DNA from: Squalus acanthias
Lineage: Eukaryota
NCBI GenBank assembly: GCA_030390025.1
Contig: CM059431.1
Location: 127,598,001 to 127,662,000 of the forward strand
Direction: 5' to 3'
Length of the DNA stretch: 64,000 bases
Below the pieces are notes generated by a model, which did not search any database, was not told where the DNA came from, and worked only from the letters and a program-made list of their open reading frames with translations. Numbering within the stretch: the first letter of the stretch is position 1; each line of letters opens with the position of its first letter. The position numbers were made by a program, and so were the translations under genes. Positions 34,736 through 47,835 of this stretch are shown piece after piece.

Positions 34736-37700
34736 TGAAGAAAACAATGGTAGGCCATTACTGTAGATGAGCAGTTCTCGAATTGCTAACTGTTGGTTAA
34801 GTTCTTGACTGCTCCTTCATTGAAAGAGTCCAAAGGTGTTACTTTTGGCCTGCAAACCTCATTGTCCATCCAGACATCCTGGCTCCATGGACAAAAGGTG
34901 GTTTTCCCCAAATCACGCAAGTTCGAACATGAAAAGTCTCCTGCCTTTCATGACGTCAGCGTTGAGTAGGTCCCATGGCAACCCAAAAGACAGACAATTC
35001 CTGCTATGTTCACAGAAACCAACAGGCAGTCCCTTTTAAAGTCCAAAAGTCCAAACTCCATTTTTAAAATGCAGCCCACATGCATCTCCATTTTAAAAGG
35101 GTTCATAACCATTTTAAAAGTCCAAAAATCCTTGATGCACATGCACCCACTGATGTTGGCACTGGCCAAACCCTACAGGGGGTTGCTAGTGCTGTTGGGG
35201 AGGGTTTAAACTAGCTTGGCAGGGGGATGGGAACCTAAGAATAGAGTCAGTAGGGAGGGAAGAAAAACTGGAATTGGAAAACAAAAATGTAGAAAGTAAA
35301 TTGGAAGGACAGAGGAATCAAGGGCTAGATAGTAGTCAACAAGGAGGTTTGCCTGTACTAAATGGTATATACTTCAATGCAAGGAGTATAGCGAATAAGG
35401 CAGATGAGCTGAGGGCACAGGTAGATACTTGGGGTTATGATATTATAGCTATTACAGAGATGTGGCTGAAAGAGGGGCAGGTATGGCAGCTCAACATTCC
35501 TGGTTACAGGATTTTCAGATGGAATAGAGAGGGAGGTAAAAAGGGAGGGGGGTCATGGTATTGATTAAAGAAACTATTACAGCTGTGAGGAGGGATGATA
35601 TGTTGGAGGGATCATCGAACGAGGCCATATGGGTCGAATTAAAAAACAAAAAAGGGGCGATCACACTGCTGGGAGTGTACTATAGACCCCCAAACAATGA
35701 GAGGGAGAAAGAAGAGCAAATATGTAGACAAATTTCTGAGAAGTGCAAAAACATTAGGGCAGTAATAGTAGGGGATTTCAACTACCCCAATATTAACTGG
35801 GATAAAATCAGTGTGAAGGGTATAGAGGGTGCGGAATTCCTAAAATGCATCCAGGAGAACTTTTTTACCCAGTATGTAGTAAGCCCAACAGTTCAGGGGC
35901 GGTTCTGGACTTAGTTTTTGGGAATGAAGCTGGGCAGGTAGAAGGCGTATCAGTGGGGGAGCATTTTGGTGCTCGTGACCATAATTCTGTTAGATTTAAG
36001 GTAGTTATGGAAAAGGACAAGGATAGACCAGGAATAAAAATTCTAAATTGGGGAAAAGCAAATTTTGCTAAGCTCAGAGGGGATTTAGCCATAGTGGACT
36101 GGAAACAGCTACTTGAAGGTAAATCAGTGTCAGAGCAGTGGGAGGCATTCAAGGAGGAGATCCGGAGGGTTCAGACCAAATAGGTGCCCTTAAAGAAAAA
36201 AGGTGGGACTAACAAATCTGGAGCCCCCTGGATGTCTATGGACATACAGGGTAGGATAAAGAAAAAAAGGGAGGCGTATGACAGATACCAAGGGCTAAAT
36301 ACTGCAGAATCTTTAGAAGAGTACAGAAAGTACAAGGATGCAATTAAAAAGGATATTAGGAAAGCAAAGAGAGAACATGAAAAATTCTTAGCAAGTAAAA
36401 TCAAGGAAAACCCAAAGATGTTTTATAAATATATTAAGAGTAAGAGGATAACTAAAGAAAGGGTAGAGCCTATTAGAGATCATGAGGGTAATCTGTGTGT
36501 GGAGGCGGGAGACGTCAGTAGGGTTCTTAATGAATACTTTGCGTCTGTTTTCACAAAGGAGAGGGGTGAAGCAGACATTGCTATCGGGGGAGGAGTGTGA
36601 AATATTAGATGAAATAAACATAGTGAGAGAGGAAGTATTAAGGGGTTTAGTAGCTTTAAAAGTAGATAAATCCCCAGGCCCGGAGAAATGTATCCCAGGC
36701 TGTTAAGCGAAGCAAAAGAGGAAATAGCAGATGCCCTGACCATCATTTTCCAATCCTCTCTGGCTTCAGGTGTGGTGCCGGAGGACTGGAGGACAGCTAA
36801 TGTGGTACCCTTGTTTAAAAAGGGTGAAAAGGATAGACCGAGTAATTACAGGCCAGTCAGCCTAACCCCGGTGGTGGGAAAATTATTGGAAAAATTCTGA
36901 AGGACAGAATAAATCTTCATTTAGAAAGACATGGATTAATCAAGGATAGTCAGCACGGATTTGTTAAGGGAAGGTCGTGTCTGACAAACTTGATTGAATT
37001 TTTTGAGGAGGTAACAAGGAGGGTAGATGAGGGTAGTGCGTTTGATGTAGTGTATATGGACTTTAGCAAGGCTTTTGATAAGATTCCACATGGCAGACTG
37101 GTCACGAAGTTAAAAGCCCATGGGATCCAGGGCAAAGTGTCAAGTTGGATTCAAAACTGGCTCGGAGGCAGGAAGCAGAGGGTAATGGTTGATGGGTGTT
37201 TTTGTGACTGGAAGGCTGTTTCCAGTGGGGTTCCGTAGGGCTCAGTACTAGGTCCCTTGCTTTTTGTGGTATATATCAATGATCTAGACTTGAATATAGG
37301 GGGTATGATTAAGAAGTTTGTAGATGATACTAAAATCAGCTGTGTGGTTGATACAGAAGACAGCAGGAAGATATCAATAAATTGGTTAGGTGGGCAGAAC
37401 AGTGGCAAATGGAATTCAATCCGAAGAAGTGTGAGGTAATGCATTTGGGGAGGGCTAAGAAGAAAAGGGAATACACATTAAATGGTAGGACATTGAGTAG
37501 CGTAGAGGAACAAAGGGACCTTGGAGTGCATGTCCACAGATCCCTGAAGTTAGCAGGCCAGGAAGATAAGGTGGTTAAGAAGGCATGCGGAATGCTTGCC
37601 TTTATAAGCCATGGCATAGAATACAAGAGCAGGGGGATTATGCTTCAACTGTATAAAACACTAGTTAGGCCTCAGCTAGAGTACTGCGTGCAGTTCTGGT

Positions 37701-38222
37701 CACCACATTACAGGAAAGATGTGATTGCACTGGAGAGGGTACAGAGGAGATTTACAAGGATGTTGCCGGGAGTAGAGAATCTTAGCTATGAGGAAAGACT
37801 GGATAGGCTGGGTCTGTTTTCCTTGGAACAGAGGAGGCTGAGGGGAGACCTTATTGAGGTGTATAAAATTCTGAGGGGCATAGATAAAGTGGATAGAAAG
37901 GATCTATTTCCCTTAGCAGAGGGGTCAAAAACCAGGGGGCATAGATTTAAAGTAATTGGTGGAATGTTTAGAGGGGATTTGAGGGGAAATTTCTTCACCC
38001 AGAGGGTTGTGGGGGTCTGGAACTCACTGCCTGAAAGTGGGTAGAGGCAGGAACCCTAACCACATTTAAAAAGTACTTGGATGTGCACTTGGGATTCTGT
38101 AACCTGCAGGGCTACGGACCAAGAGATGGGAAGTGGGATTAGCCTGGATAGCTCTTTGTTGGCTGGCGCAGACACAATGGGCTGAAATGGCCTCCTTCCG
38201 TGCTGAAACTTTCTATGATTCT

Positions 38223-38880
38223 ATGACTGAGCAGCAGTGCCAAAGGAAGCTCAGGCTATCGTGCCAGTTCGTCGCAGACATTTGCACGTTGCTGGAGCAA
38301 GACCTGCAGCCCAGAGGAACGGGTGGACACACCTTACCTGCGCTTGTCAAAGTCACCAGCGTCCTCGACTTCTTTACCTAGGCTCCTTCCAGTGATCTGC
38401 AGCAGATACTTGCGGCATCTCGCAGTCAGCTGCCCACAGATGCATCACATAAGTCACTGATGCCTTGTTTCACAAGTCAGCCAATTATATCAACTTTGCC
38501 ACTGATGAAGTCAGTGTTAGTGAGCGCGCGTTCAGCTTTGTTATTCTGGCTGGCTTCCCACGGGTGCAGGGCATCATCGACTGCACACATGTGGCCATCA
38601 GGGCACCCCATCATCACCCAGGAGTCTTTGTCATCCGCAAGGGCTTCTACTTCCTCAATGTGCAGCTTGCCTGCAACCACAGGAGATCATCATGCATGTG
38701 TGCACCAAATTCCCTGGCAGCTGCCATGACTCTTTCGCCCTTTGCCAGTCCACCCTCCCACAGCTGGAAGACGAGGAAGAAGAGAAGCTGGAAGAACCTG
38801 CGGCCCAGATCCTACCAGCACCTGAGCACATTGCTGCCCGGGAGACCAGGGATGGCCTCACCATGGCCAGATTTACTTAA
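38223..38880 (+). pseudogene. Harbinger transposase, continuation after the CR1 insertion, internally deleted
   Basis: [45 protein letters not shown] joined directly to the acidic tail. Confidence 0.85.
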
Positions 38881-38901
38881 CTTTACGCATTACACCCATA
38901 T

Positions 38902-39340
38902 GGGCAACATGGTGGCATAGTGGTTAGCACTGGTGCCTCACAGCGCCAGGGACCCGGGTTCGAATCTGACCTCGGGTGACTGTCTGTGTGGAGTTTGCAC
39001 ATTCTCCCCATGTCTGCGTGGGTTTCCTCCGGGTGCTCCGGTTTCCTCCCACAGTCCAAAAATGTGCGGGTTAGGTTGATTTGGCTATGATAAATTGACC
39101 CTTAGTGTTAGGGGGGGATTAAATATGTGGGGTTATGGGGATAGGATGGGATATGTTAGGGGGAATTAAATACATGGGGTTGCGGGGGTAGGGTGGGATA
39201 TGTGTACTGTGGGGATTAAAGCAGGGACAGGGTACTGGATTTGGATGATCAGCCATGATCGTATTGAATGGTGGAGCAGGCTCGACGGGCCGCATGGCCT
39301 ACTCCTGCTCCTAGATTCTATGTTTCTATGTTTCTATGTT
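38902..39340 (+). mobile_element. Full-length HE1-like tRNA-derived SINE (V-SINE type)
   Basis: A box TGGCATAGTGG, B box GGTTCGAATC, V-SINE core TGTGTGGAGTTTGCACATTCTCCCC..., CR1-derived tail (TTTCTATG)n. Confidence 0.88.
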
Positions 39341-39576
39341 GGCACCACCCTACAGCAACACCACAAATCATCCCTACAATGACTAAAACAATCCTTTCAC
39401 ACTGACCACCATTGTTGGAGGTAACGTTATGTCTCACCATTCACTCCAACTCACTAAGTCACTTCCAAAGCTGCACACAAATTTGGTGAAAATAAAGATT
39501 TTTATGGTTGAGATCATATTAACGGAAACTTGACATTAACATTAAATAAAACACCCAAGTGGCTACCCTTGTGAAT

Positions 39577-42500
39577 CTACTTGTGTGTCACCTTTCTCTT
39601 ACGCATTCTGCTATGAGGTGCTAACCCTGTGGCTTCAGCAGAGGTAGAGGCAGCCTGCTCACTTCCGTGCTGTGACTGCTTGGTCACTCTTGGCAGATGT
39701 CCTCTGGGTTTTGGAACCTCTGATGGCCCCGCTAAAGTTTGCTCCTCCTGCGAAAGTGCAGGGGCAGCCTCGGCCATTGCGATCCGAGGAGGCATCTGGG
39801 GCTCTTTCTGAGTGGGTGGCAATGGGGGGAAAAGTGTGAGTGCTGTGAGAGGAGCCCCCACTTCCATGTCTCCTCTCACCATCATCCCCCTCATGGGCTA
39901 CCCACACTTCCCTTCTATCAAGGAGCTGGAGAGCACATTGCTGCACATCAGTGGGGCCATGAGGACCCACGTCTACGCTGACATCCCTCCTAGAGAGAAG
40001 GTCTGTGAGCCTCTGCCATCTATTCTCCATAGATAGCATGTGCTCCTGTGAGTGGCGCATTAGCTGCTCCATGCAGGTGGCCATCCTATCAATGGAAGAA
40101 CCTATCGTCGGCATCTCCTCAACACGGTGGTGCTCATGTTGGAGATGGACTCCTCCATTTTCTGCACATTTGCAGACATCGCATTGGCAAAACCTGTCAA
40201 AGCCTCTTGCACTTCTTGCTGCACCTCCAGGATCGCCCTCTTTCTGGATGGCCCCCGAGGCTCAGCGTTTGCATGCAGGTGAGCAGAGCTGGGAGCGTCC
40301 TGCACCCTCCGGTGAGGAGTCTCCACTGCTGTCCCTGTCTCCACCACCTCCTCTTGCACACTTGTGACTTGTGGGACACCAGGTGCCAACATTACTCTAT
40401 CTCGCGTGGGACCCACTGAGGTGTGCGTCTTTGAGCTGGTGCTGGGTGCGCTTATGTCTGGTGACGTTGTGTCCTCAGAGGCTGGAGGCTCCTCTGAGGA
40501 GTCATCTTCCTCTTCCTCCTGCACAGTGGGGTGGGGTGGGGATGCTCTTGATGGACCTGTGAGAGAGTAAATAGATGAGTTAGATATGTCACATGAAGAA
40601 TGGGTACAGATACCATTATGCACATAATGACCATTCAGTGGCTGATGACTTCAGTCCCCATATGAGTGACTACTACATAAGAACATAAGAAATAGGAGCA
40701 GGAGTAGACCAATCGGCCCCTCGAGCCTGCTCCGCCATTCAATGAGATCATGGCTGATCTGATCCAACCTCAACTCTAAAGAACACAAGAAGTAGGAGCA
40801 GGACCAGGCCACTCGGCCCCTGGGCTCGCTCCGCCACCCACAGGGCCTTGACCGATCCGAACTCAAACTCATGTCCAATTTCCAGCCCGCTCCCCGTAAC
40901 CCCTAATTCCCTTTACTTCTAGTAAACGGTCTATTTCTGTTTTAAATTTTTTTAATGAAGTAGCTTCCACAGCTTCTGGGGTAGCAAATTCCACAGACCC
41001 ACTACCCTCTGAGTGAAAAAGTTTCTCCTCATCTCAGTTTTGAAAGAGCAGCCCCTTATTCTAAGATTATGTCCCCTAGTTCTAGTTTCACCCATCATTG
41101 GGAACATCCTCACCGCGTCCACCCGATCAAGCCACTTCACAATCTTATATGTTTCAATAAGATCGCCTCTCATTCTTCTGAACTCCAATGAGTAGAGTCC
41201 CAATCTACTCAACCTCTCCTCGTATGTCCACCCCCTCATCCCCGGAATTAACCGAGTGAACCTTCTTTGTACTGCCTCGAGAGCAAGTATGTCTTTTCTT
41301 AAGTATGGACACTAAAACTGTATGCAGTACTCCAGGTGCGGTCTCACCAATACCCTATACAACTGCAGCAATACCTCCCTGCTTTTATATTCTATCTCCC
41401 TAGCAATAAAAGCCAACATTCCATTGGCTTTCTTGATCACCTGCTGCACCTGCATACTAACTTTTTGATTTTCTTGCACCAAGACCCCCAGATCCCTTTG
41501 TACTGCAGTACTTTCCAGTTTCTCGCCATTAAGATAATAACTTGCTCTCTGATTTTTCCTGCCAAAGTGCATAACCTCACACTTTCCAATATTGTATTGC
41601 ATCTGCCAAATCTCTGCCCACTCACCCAGCCTGTCTATATCCCCTTGTAGGTTTTTTATGTCCTCCTCACTCTCTACTTTCCCTCCCATCTTTGTATCAT
41701 CTGCAAACTTTGATATGTTACACTCGGTCCCCTCCTCCAAATCGTTAATATAGATTGTAAAGAGTTGGGGACCCAGCACCGACCCCTGCGGAACACCACT
41801 GGCTACTGGTTGCCAGTCGGAGAATGAACCATTTATCCCAACTCTCTGCTTCCTGTTAGATAACCAATCCTCCACCCATGCCAGAATATTACCCCCAATC
41901 CAGTGATTTTTTATCTTGAGCAATAATCTTTTATGTGGCACCTTGTCGAATGCCTTCTGGAAGTCTAAATACACTACATCCACTGGTTCCCCTTTATCCA
42001 CCCTGTACGTTATGTCCTCAAAGAACTCGAGCAAATTTGTCAGACATGACTTCCCCTTCATAAAGCCATGCTGACTTTGTCCTATTAAATTATGTTTATC
42101 TAAATGTTCCGTTACTGTCTCCTTAATAATAGACTCCAAAATTTTACCCACCACAGATGTTAGGCTAACTGGTCTATAATTTCCAGCCTTCTGCCTACAA
42201 CCCTTTCTAAATAAGGGTGTTACATTAGCAGTTTTCTAATCTGCCGGGACCTTTGCTGAGTTCAGGGAGTTTTGGAAAATTATTACCAAAGCATCCACAA
42301 TTCCTACTGCCACTTCCCTCAAGACCCTAGGATGTAAGCCATCAGGTCATGACTACTGTATGCCATGTAGCTGTATGATATATAATTCAGTCACCAGGTT
42401 GCTGAGATGTCCCCCTCTCTCTGTCTCCCACCTCCAGCTGCTCAGTGACTCCCAATACTTCTAAGGCAGCCTCCTCTGCTGTTGTGAGGGTGGCAAATAA

Positions 42501-43126
42501 TGGTTTTCCATCTCCGGTTCTCTCCCTCTTATTGTGGGCTCTCTTTTCCTGCAAGAAGGGGAAGAGAGGTTGAGTGAGAGTGATGGAATGAGTGTAAGGA
42601 ATGGATGGGTTACATCCTTAGAGGGAGACTATGATGGAGTGGGGTGCCAATGCCAAATGGCCTCCTTGTGTGTTGTTATTTGGTTGATTGTATTAGGATG
42701 AGGGTGAGTGTGAGGGGTGACTAGTAAGATGGGGATGTGATAATGTAGATAGAAAGAGAGGGATGGGTGGACGTGCAAGGTATGTTGGTGTGAGTAAGGT
42801 CTGTTAGAGTAGGGTTAGGAAGGTAGAGTGATGGGGATGTGATGAGAGGCGCAGCAGGATGAAGTTGAGTGTGGCTTTGTACTCACCGTTTCTGATCTAA
42901 TGAGATCATTGAAACATTTCCAGCACTGCACCCAGGTCCTCCTGACTACATCCCTGCTGTTGACCTCCTCTGCTACTTGGAGCCAGGCTCTTTTTTTCTC
43001 CTAGGGAGGTCTCTTCCGCCCATTTGAAGGGAAGAGGACCTCCCTGCATGCTCTGACTCCCTCCACAAGCATATGGAGGGAGTCATCAGAGTACGTGGGT
43101 GCAGCCCTCTGCCTCTGTGCAGTCAT
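39577..43126 (-). pseudogene. Harbinger Myb/SANT-like gene, three exons (about 43126-42887, 42548-42395, 40556-39577)
   Basis: MTAQRQRAAPTYSDDSLHMLVEGV..AWLQVAEEV; EKRAHNKRERTG; C-terminal RMRKRK; canonical splice sites. Confidence 0.8.
40675..42349 (-). mobile_element. 5'-truncated CR1 LINE in the Myb gene intron
   Basis: 280-aa RT ORF ([23 protein letters not shown]); TSD TGACTACT (40667-40674, 42350-42357). Confidence 0.92.
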
Positions 43127-43888
43127 GTTTGCCACTCTTTGGAACACTCCAATGCTCCAGTACAGTACCTGCACATTCCTAGATAAACATTCAAATGCAA
43201 TGTGGCCATGGCTCCTTTAAATATCCCGGCTGGAAGCACATTATCGATGACGTCATCAGACCCGCACCATTTAATAGGGCCGGGCAACGCGCAGGGCGGG
43301 CTTAATAGGCCCCATTAGCACAAAGTTGATTTCTGCAGTGGGATGGAAGCAAGAACAGGGTCACGACCCGCCATGGTGATCGCCCGCACTGGACCCACCC
43401 AGGTAAAGAAAATTCCGGCCTTAGTGTGAGACAGAATGTGAGTGCCGGAGTTTTAAACAAGGTGGAATTTGTGTAGGGGAGAGCTCAGCAGGCTTGAAAA
43501 GTTGAGTTTTGTGGTGACAAAAGCATAGGTAAGGCTTTCAGCAGCCACAAAGGTGAGATAAAAGCAGAGGTAGGCAGTGTTGCAGATATGGAAGTAAGTG
43601 GCTTTAGTTATCGATGGGATATGATGTTTGACGCACAATAAAACATCGACCAGGATACCAAATGAACAAAAAGAAGAGGATGGAAACGGGGCAAGGTAGA
43701 AAGAATTTGGCAGGAGATGAATAAGATGTCTTCAGTCTTCTTGATGTTCTATTGAAGGAATGTTTTGCTCATCCATGACTTGATGTCAGACAAACAGTCT
43801 AACAGTACAGAGGTGATTGTGGTGATGGAGAGGTAGAACCACAGAAATATAGAAGTGTACAGTATAGAAAGAAACCGATCAGCTCATC

Positions 43889-44786
43889 CGTAAGACAAAG
43901 GTCCACTACCAACCTGCCCCCGCCACACAGTACTGCTCCCTGATTATCAAAATCCATGACGAGGCCTTGGACAATGTGGACCACTTTCCATACCTCAGGA
44001 GCCTACTGTCCACAAGGGCAGACGTCGATGATGAAGTCCAACACCGCCTACAGTGTCCCAGTACAGCCTTTGGTCGCCTGAGGAAGAGAGTGTTTGAAGA
44101 CCAGGACCTCAAACCCAGCACCAAGCTCATGGTTTACAGAACAGTAGTGGTAGCCGCCCTTCTGTGTGCTTCAGAAACATGGACCATGTACAGCAGGCAC
44201 CTCAAAGCACTGGAGAGGTACCACCAACGCTGCCTCCACAAGATCCTGCAAATCCATTGGCAGGATTAGCGCACCAACGTCAGTGTTCTCGCTCAGGCCA
44301 ACATCCCCAGCATCGAAGCTTTGACCACGCTCGATCAGCTCCGATGGACGGGCCACATCGTCCGCATGCCCGATACAAGACTCCCAAAACAAGCGCTGTA
44401 CTCCAAGCTCCGACACGGCAAGAGAGTCCCAGGTGGGCAGAGGAAATGCTTCAAGGACACCCTCAAAGCCTCCTTGAAAAAGTGCAACATCCCCACCGAC
44501 ACCTGGGAATCCCTGGCCCAAGACCACACAAAGTGGAGGAGAAGCATCCGGGAAGGCGCCGAACACCTCAAGTCTCTTCGCCGGGAGCAAGCGGAAGCCA
44601 AGTGCAAACAGCGGAAGGAGCGCACGTCAACCTAAGCACCCCACCCACCCGCCCCTTCAACCGCTGTCTGCCCCACCTGTGACAGAGACTGTAGGTCCCG
44701 CATTGGACTCATCAGTCACCTGAGAACGAATTTTTAGTGTGGAAGCAAGTCATCCTCGGTTCCGAGGGACTGCCAAAGATGAAGAA
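43889..44786 (+). mobile_element. 5'-truncated RTE-clade LINE
   Basis: VDHFPYL.SLLS, AFGRLRKRVF, QLRWTGHIVRMPDTRLPKQ, C-terminal CPTC..H zinc motif, GAA/GAT tail; 74-bp flanking duplication. Confidence 0.9.
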
Positions 44787-44860
44787 GATTGTGGTGATGG
44801 AGAGGTAGAACCACAGAAATATGGAAGTGTACAGTATAGAAAGAAACCGATCAGCTCATC

Positions 44861-45240
44861 ATGTCTTTGCCAGCTCCTTGCTAGAGGAATCCAAAACTAC
44901 TCCACTGCATTCACTCTATATCTTCTTCTCTTTCAAATATTTTACCAATTTACCCTTAAAAGATGTAATGTTCTCTGTCTCAAACATTCCTTATAACAGA
45001 GCATTCTATCCTCTAATGGCTCACTGAGTAAAGAAATTTCTCCTAACTTTCTCTTCACTCTCGAAGTGGCAATTTTAAATTGATGACTCCTTGTCACTGA
45101 CTCTCCAAAAAGAGGTAATAGTCTTTCACTCTTCAATGTATCAAAACACTTCACAATTTTAAAAAACTCCATGAAATCTTCTCTTAACCTTCTCTGGTCC
45201 AAATCTCAAATCTCTTCTTATAATGATAGTTTCCCATCCC
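44861..45240 (-). mobile_element. Old CR1 3' fragment
   Basis: QRRLREDFMEFFKIVK..LLPLFGESVTRSH on -. Confidence 0.65.
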
Positions 45241-46299
45241 TTGGATCACTACTGAATAAAGTCTATTGGGGGAAAGCTGTCTTATGAAATGGGCTTATTG
45301 GGGTCACTCTAGAGTTGGGTTTGATCAGCATACACGTGAAAAATGGCTCTGCACCAGCAGATAATATAGTTGAGGGAAAAAATGCAAATGAGGAAAAGGA
45401 GGGCGGCAAAGATGGAATCTTGAGGTATTCTGGAGTTGATCAAGTAGGGGTAGAAGGAGAAGCCATTTCTAGAGGGCATGCTGGCTATGTTGGGATAGGC
45501 AGAAGTGCAACCAAGTGAGGGCAGTACATGGAGGTGAACCAAGAAGAAGAGATGGTGTTTTATTAACTTTGTACTTGTGTCCTCGAGTGCAGGGTGTTCA
45601 AACTTTTGTCTTTGTGAGGTGCATTTGGTATGTACCATGGAGTCACTGTATATAAATTTTAAACCACGTTCTCATGAATTTGCATGAATCTCCAGTTGCT
45701 GATACTAACAGATCTAATTAATTCACCAATGATGGAACAGAGCTGAAAACAGCTTTTTCAAAACTTCCTAGACCCATAACATTCAAGAAGACAAACCAGT
45801 GAATAAGAACTATAAGCACAGACAGGTCTGAGTTGTCTGGGCTTTGAGAGCTGCATTGTCAGGGCATGCACTCAGTCAATGTTAATTTGCTTCATTACAT
45901 TTGTATTATGCACACCTCACAGCATTTGAAAGTGATAAATCATGACCTCAATCTTCTTTCTCGAAAGAAACCTTTTCATCTGTGTAAGCTTCTCTTCATT
46001 CCTTAAAGCTCTAAGCTCCAGATTGATCCTTTCTGTTATTCCCTGAATCTTCTCCAATGCATTAATGTCTTCTGAAGGTAGGATGCCAATATCTGCACAA
46101 AGTATTCCAAATGTGGCCTGATTAATAACCTACACAAAGTTACAATAACTTGTTTTTTTCTGATAATAATCAAATGCCTTCCAGATGAAGTCCACTATCT
46201 GATAACTGTCACATTGACTGGATACTTTCAGTAAGTGGTCACTGATCACAACCCATATTCTTTTCCTTTTGCACTCACCTTGCACTCAGGGGAAAGGTA

Positions 46300-46520
46300 T
46301 CATAGTGATAATGTCACTGGGCTAGTAATCCAGCGACCTGGACTAATGATCAAGAGACATGAGTTCAAATCCCACCACGGCAGCCGGGGAATTTCAATTC
46401 AGTTAATTAAATGAATCTGGAATAAAAAGCTAGTATCAGTAATGGTAACCATGAAACTATGAGATTGTTGTAAAACCCCATCTGGTTCACTAAGCTGAAG
46501 GAAATCTGCCATCCTTACCA
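46300..46520 (+). mobile_element. tRNA-derived SINE fragment
   Basis: A-box-like AGTGATAATGTCACTGG and B box GAGTTCAAATCC. Confidence 0.55.
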
Positions 46521-46604
46521 CTCAGTTGTAACAAACTGCTAAGAAACAAAATAATAAAAATGAAACCGGATGGCATACCCAGCAAAGTCCTCCTCACCAA
46601 CATC

Positions 46605-47835
46605 AGGTGGTGAGCTGCCTTCTTGAACTGCTGCAGTCTGTGTGGTGAAGGTACTCCCACAGTGCTGTTAGGTAGGGAGTTCCAGGACTTTGACCCAGTG
46701 ACAATGAAGGATCGGCGATATATTTCTAAGTCAGGATGGTGTGTGATTTGGAGGGGAATTGGAGGTGGTGGTGTTCCCATGCGCCTGCTGCCCTTATCCT
46801 TCTAGGTGGAAGTGGTCACGGGTTTGGGAGGTGCTGTCGAAGAAGCCTTGGCGAGTTGCTGCAGTGCATCTTGGAGATGGTACACACTGCAGCCACGGTA
46901 TGCTGGTGGTGGAGGGAGTGAATGTTCAAGGGGGTAGATGGGATGCCAATCAAGCAGGCTGCTTTGTCCTGGATGATGTCGAGCGTCTTGAGTGTTGTTG
47001 GAGCTGCACTCATCCAGGCAAGTGGAGAGTATTCCATCACACTTGTGCCTTGTAGATGGTAGAAAGGCTTTGGGGAGTCAGGAGGTGAGACACTCGCCAC
47101 AGAATACTTAGCCTCTGACCTGCTCTTGTTGCCACAGTATTTATGTGGCTGGTCCAGTAAAGTTTCTGGTCAATGGTGACCCCCAGGATGTTGATAGTGG
47201 GGGATTCGGCGATGGTAATGCCATTGAATGTCAAGGGGCGGTGGTTAGACTCTCGCTTGCTGGCGATAGTCATTGCCTGGCACTTCTGTGGCGCGAATGT
47301 TACCTGCTACTTATCAGCCCAAGCCTGAACGTCGTCCAGGTCTTATTGCATGCGGACATGGACTGCTTCATTATCTACGAGTTGTGAATGGCACTGAACA
47401 CTGTGCAGTCATCAGCGAACATCCGCATTTCTGAGCTTATTTTGGAGGGAAGGTCATTGATGAAGCAGCTGAAGATGGTTGGGCCTAGGACACTGCCCTG
47501 AGGAACTCCTGCAGTGATGTCTTGGGGCTGTGATGATTGACCTTCCATCACTACAACCATCTTCCTTTGTGTTAGGTATGACTCAGCCAGTGGAGAGTTT
47601 TCTCCCCGATTCCCATTGACTTCAGGTTTACTAATGCTCCTTGATGCCATACTCGGTCAAATGTTGCCTTGATGTCAAGGGCAGTCACTCTCACCTCACC
47701 TCTGGAATTCAGCTCCTTTGTCCAAGTTTGGACCAAGACTGTAATGAAGTCGGGAGCTGAGTGGTCTTGGCCGAACCCAAACTGGGCATCAGTGAGCAGG
47801 TTATTGGTGAGTAAGTGCCGTTTGATAGCACTGTC
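46605..47835 (-). mobile_element. CR1/L2-group LINE, RT fragment
   Basis: [43 protein letters not shown]. Confidence 0.85.

Larger units (their letters stand above)
33469..35177 (-). mobile_element. Probable solo LTR inserted at the end of CR1 ORF1
   Basis: Termini TGTAGGGT / ACCCTACA; no convincing ORF; minus-strand AATAAA near 33856 and TATA-like motif near 34395; CR1 resumes after 35177. Confidence 0.7.
32518..38222 (+). mobile_element. Near full-length CR1 LINE (ORF1 and ORF2), degraded
   Basis: ORF1: CTSC..CTKC zinc finger, leucine zipper and SGNH esterase (ILVGDSIVRG). ORF2: AP endonuclease (NARSI, IAITE, GDFN) and RT (YMDFSKAFD, FVDD). TTCTATGA tail; flanked by ATGAC. Confidence 0.92.
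31756..43420. mobile_element. PIF/Harbinger transposon expanded to 11.7 kb by nested insertions
   Basis: TIRs GACCTGAATTTTC / GAAAATTCCGGCC; TSD TTA (31753-31755, 43421-43423); transposase on + (about 32306-32517 and 38223-38880); Myb gene on -. Confidence 0.85.

Noticed and set aside
38902..38975. tRNA gene
   Set aside because: The A and B boxes belong to a SINE head that continues into the SINE core and tail.
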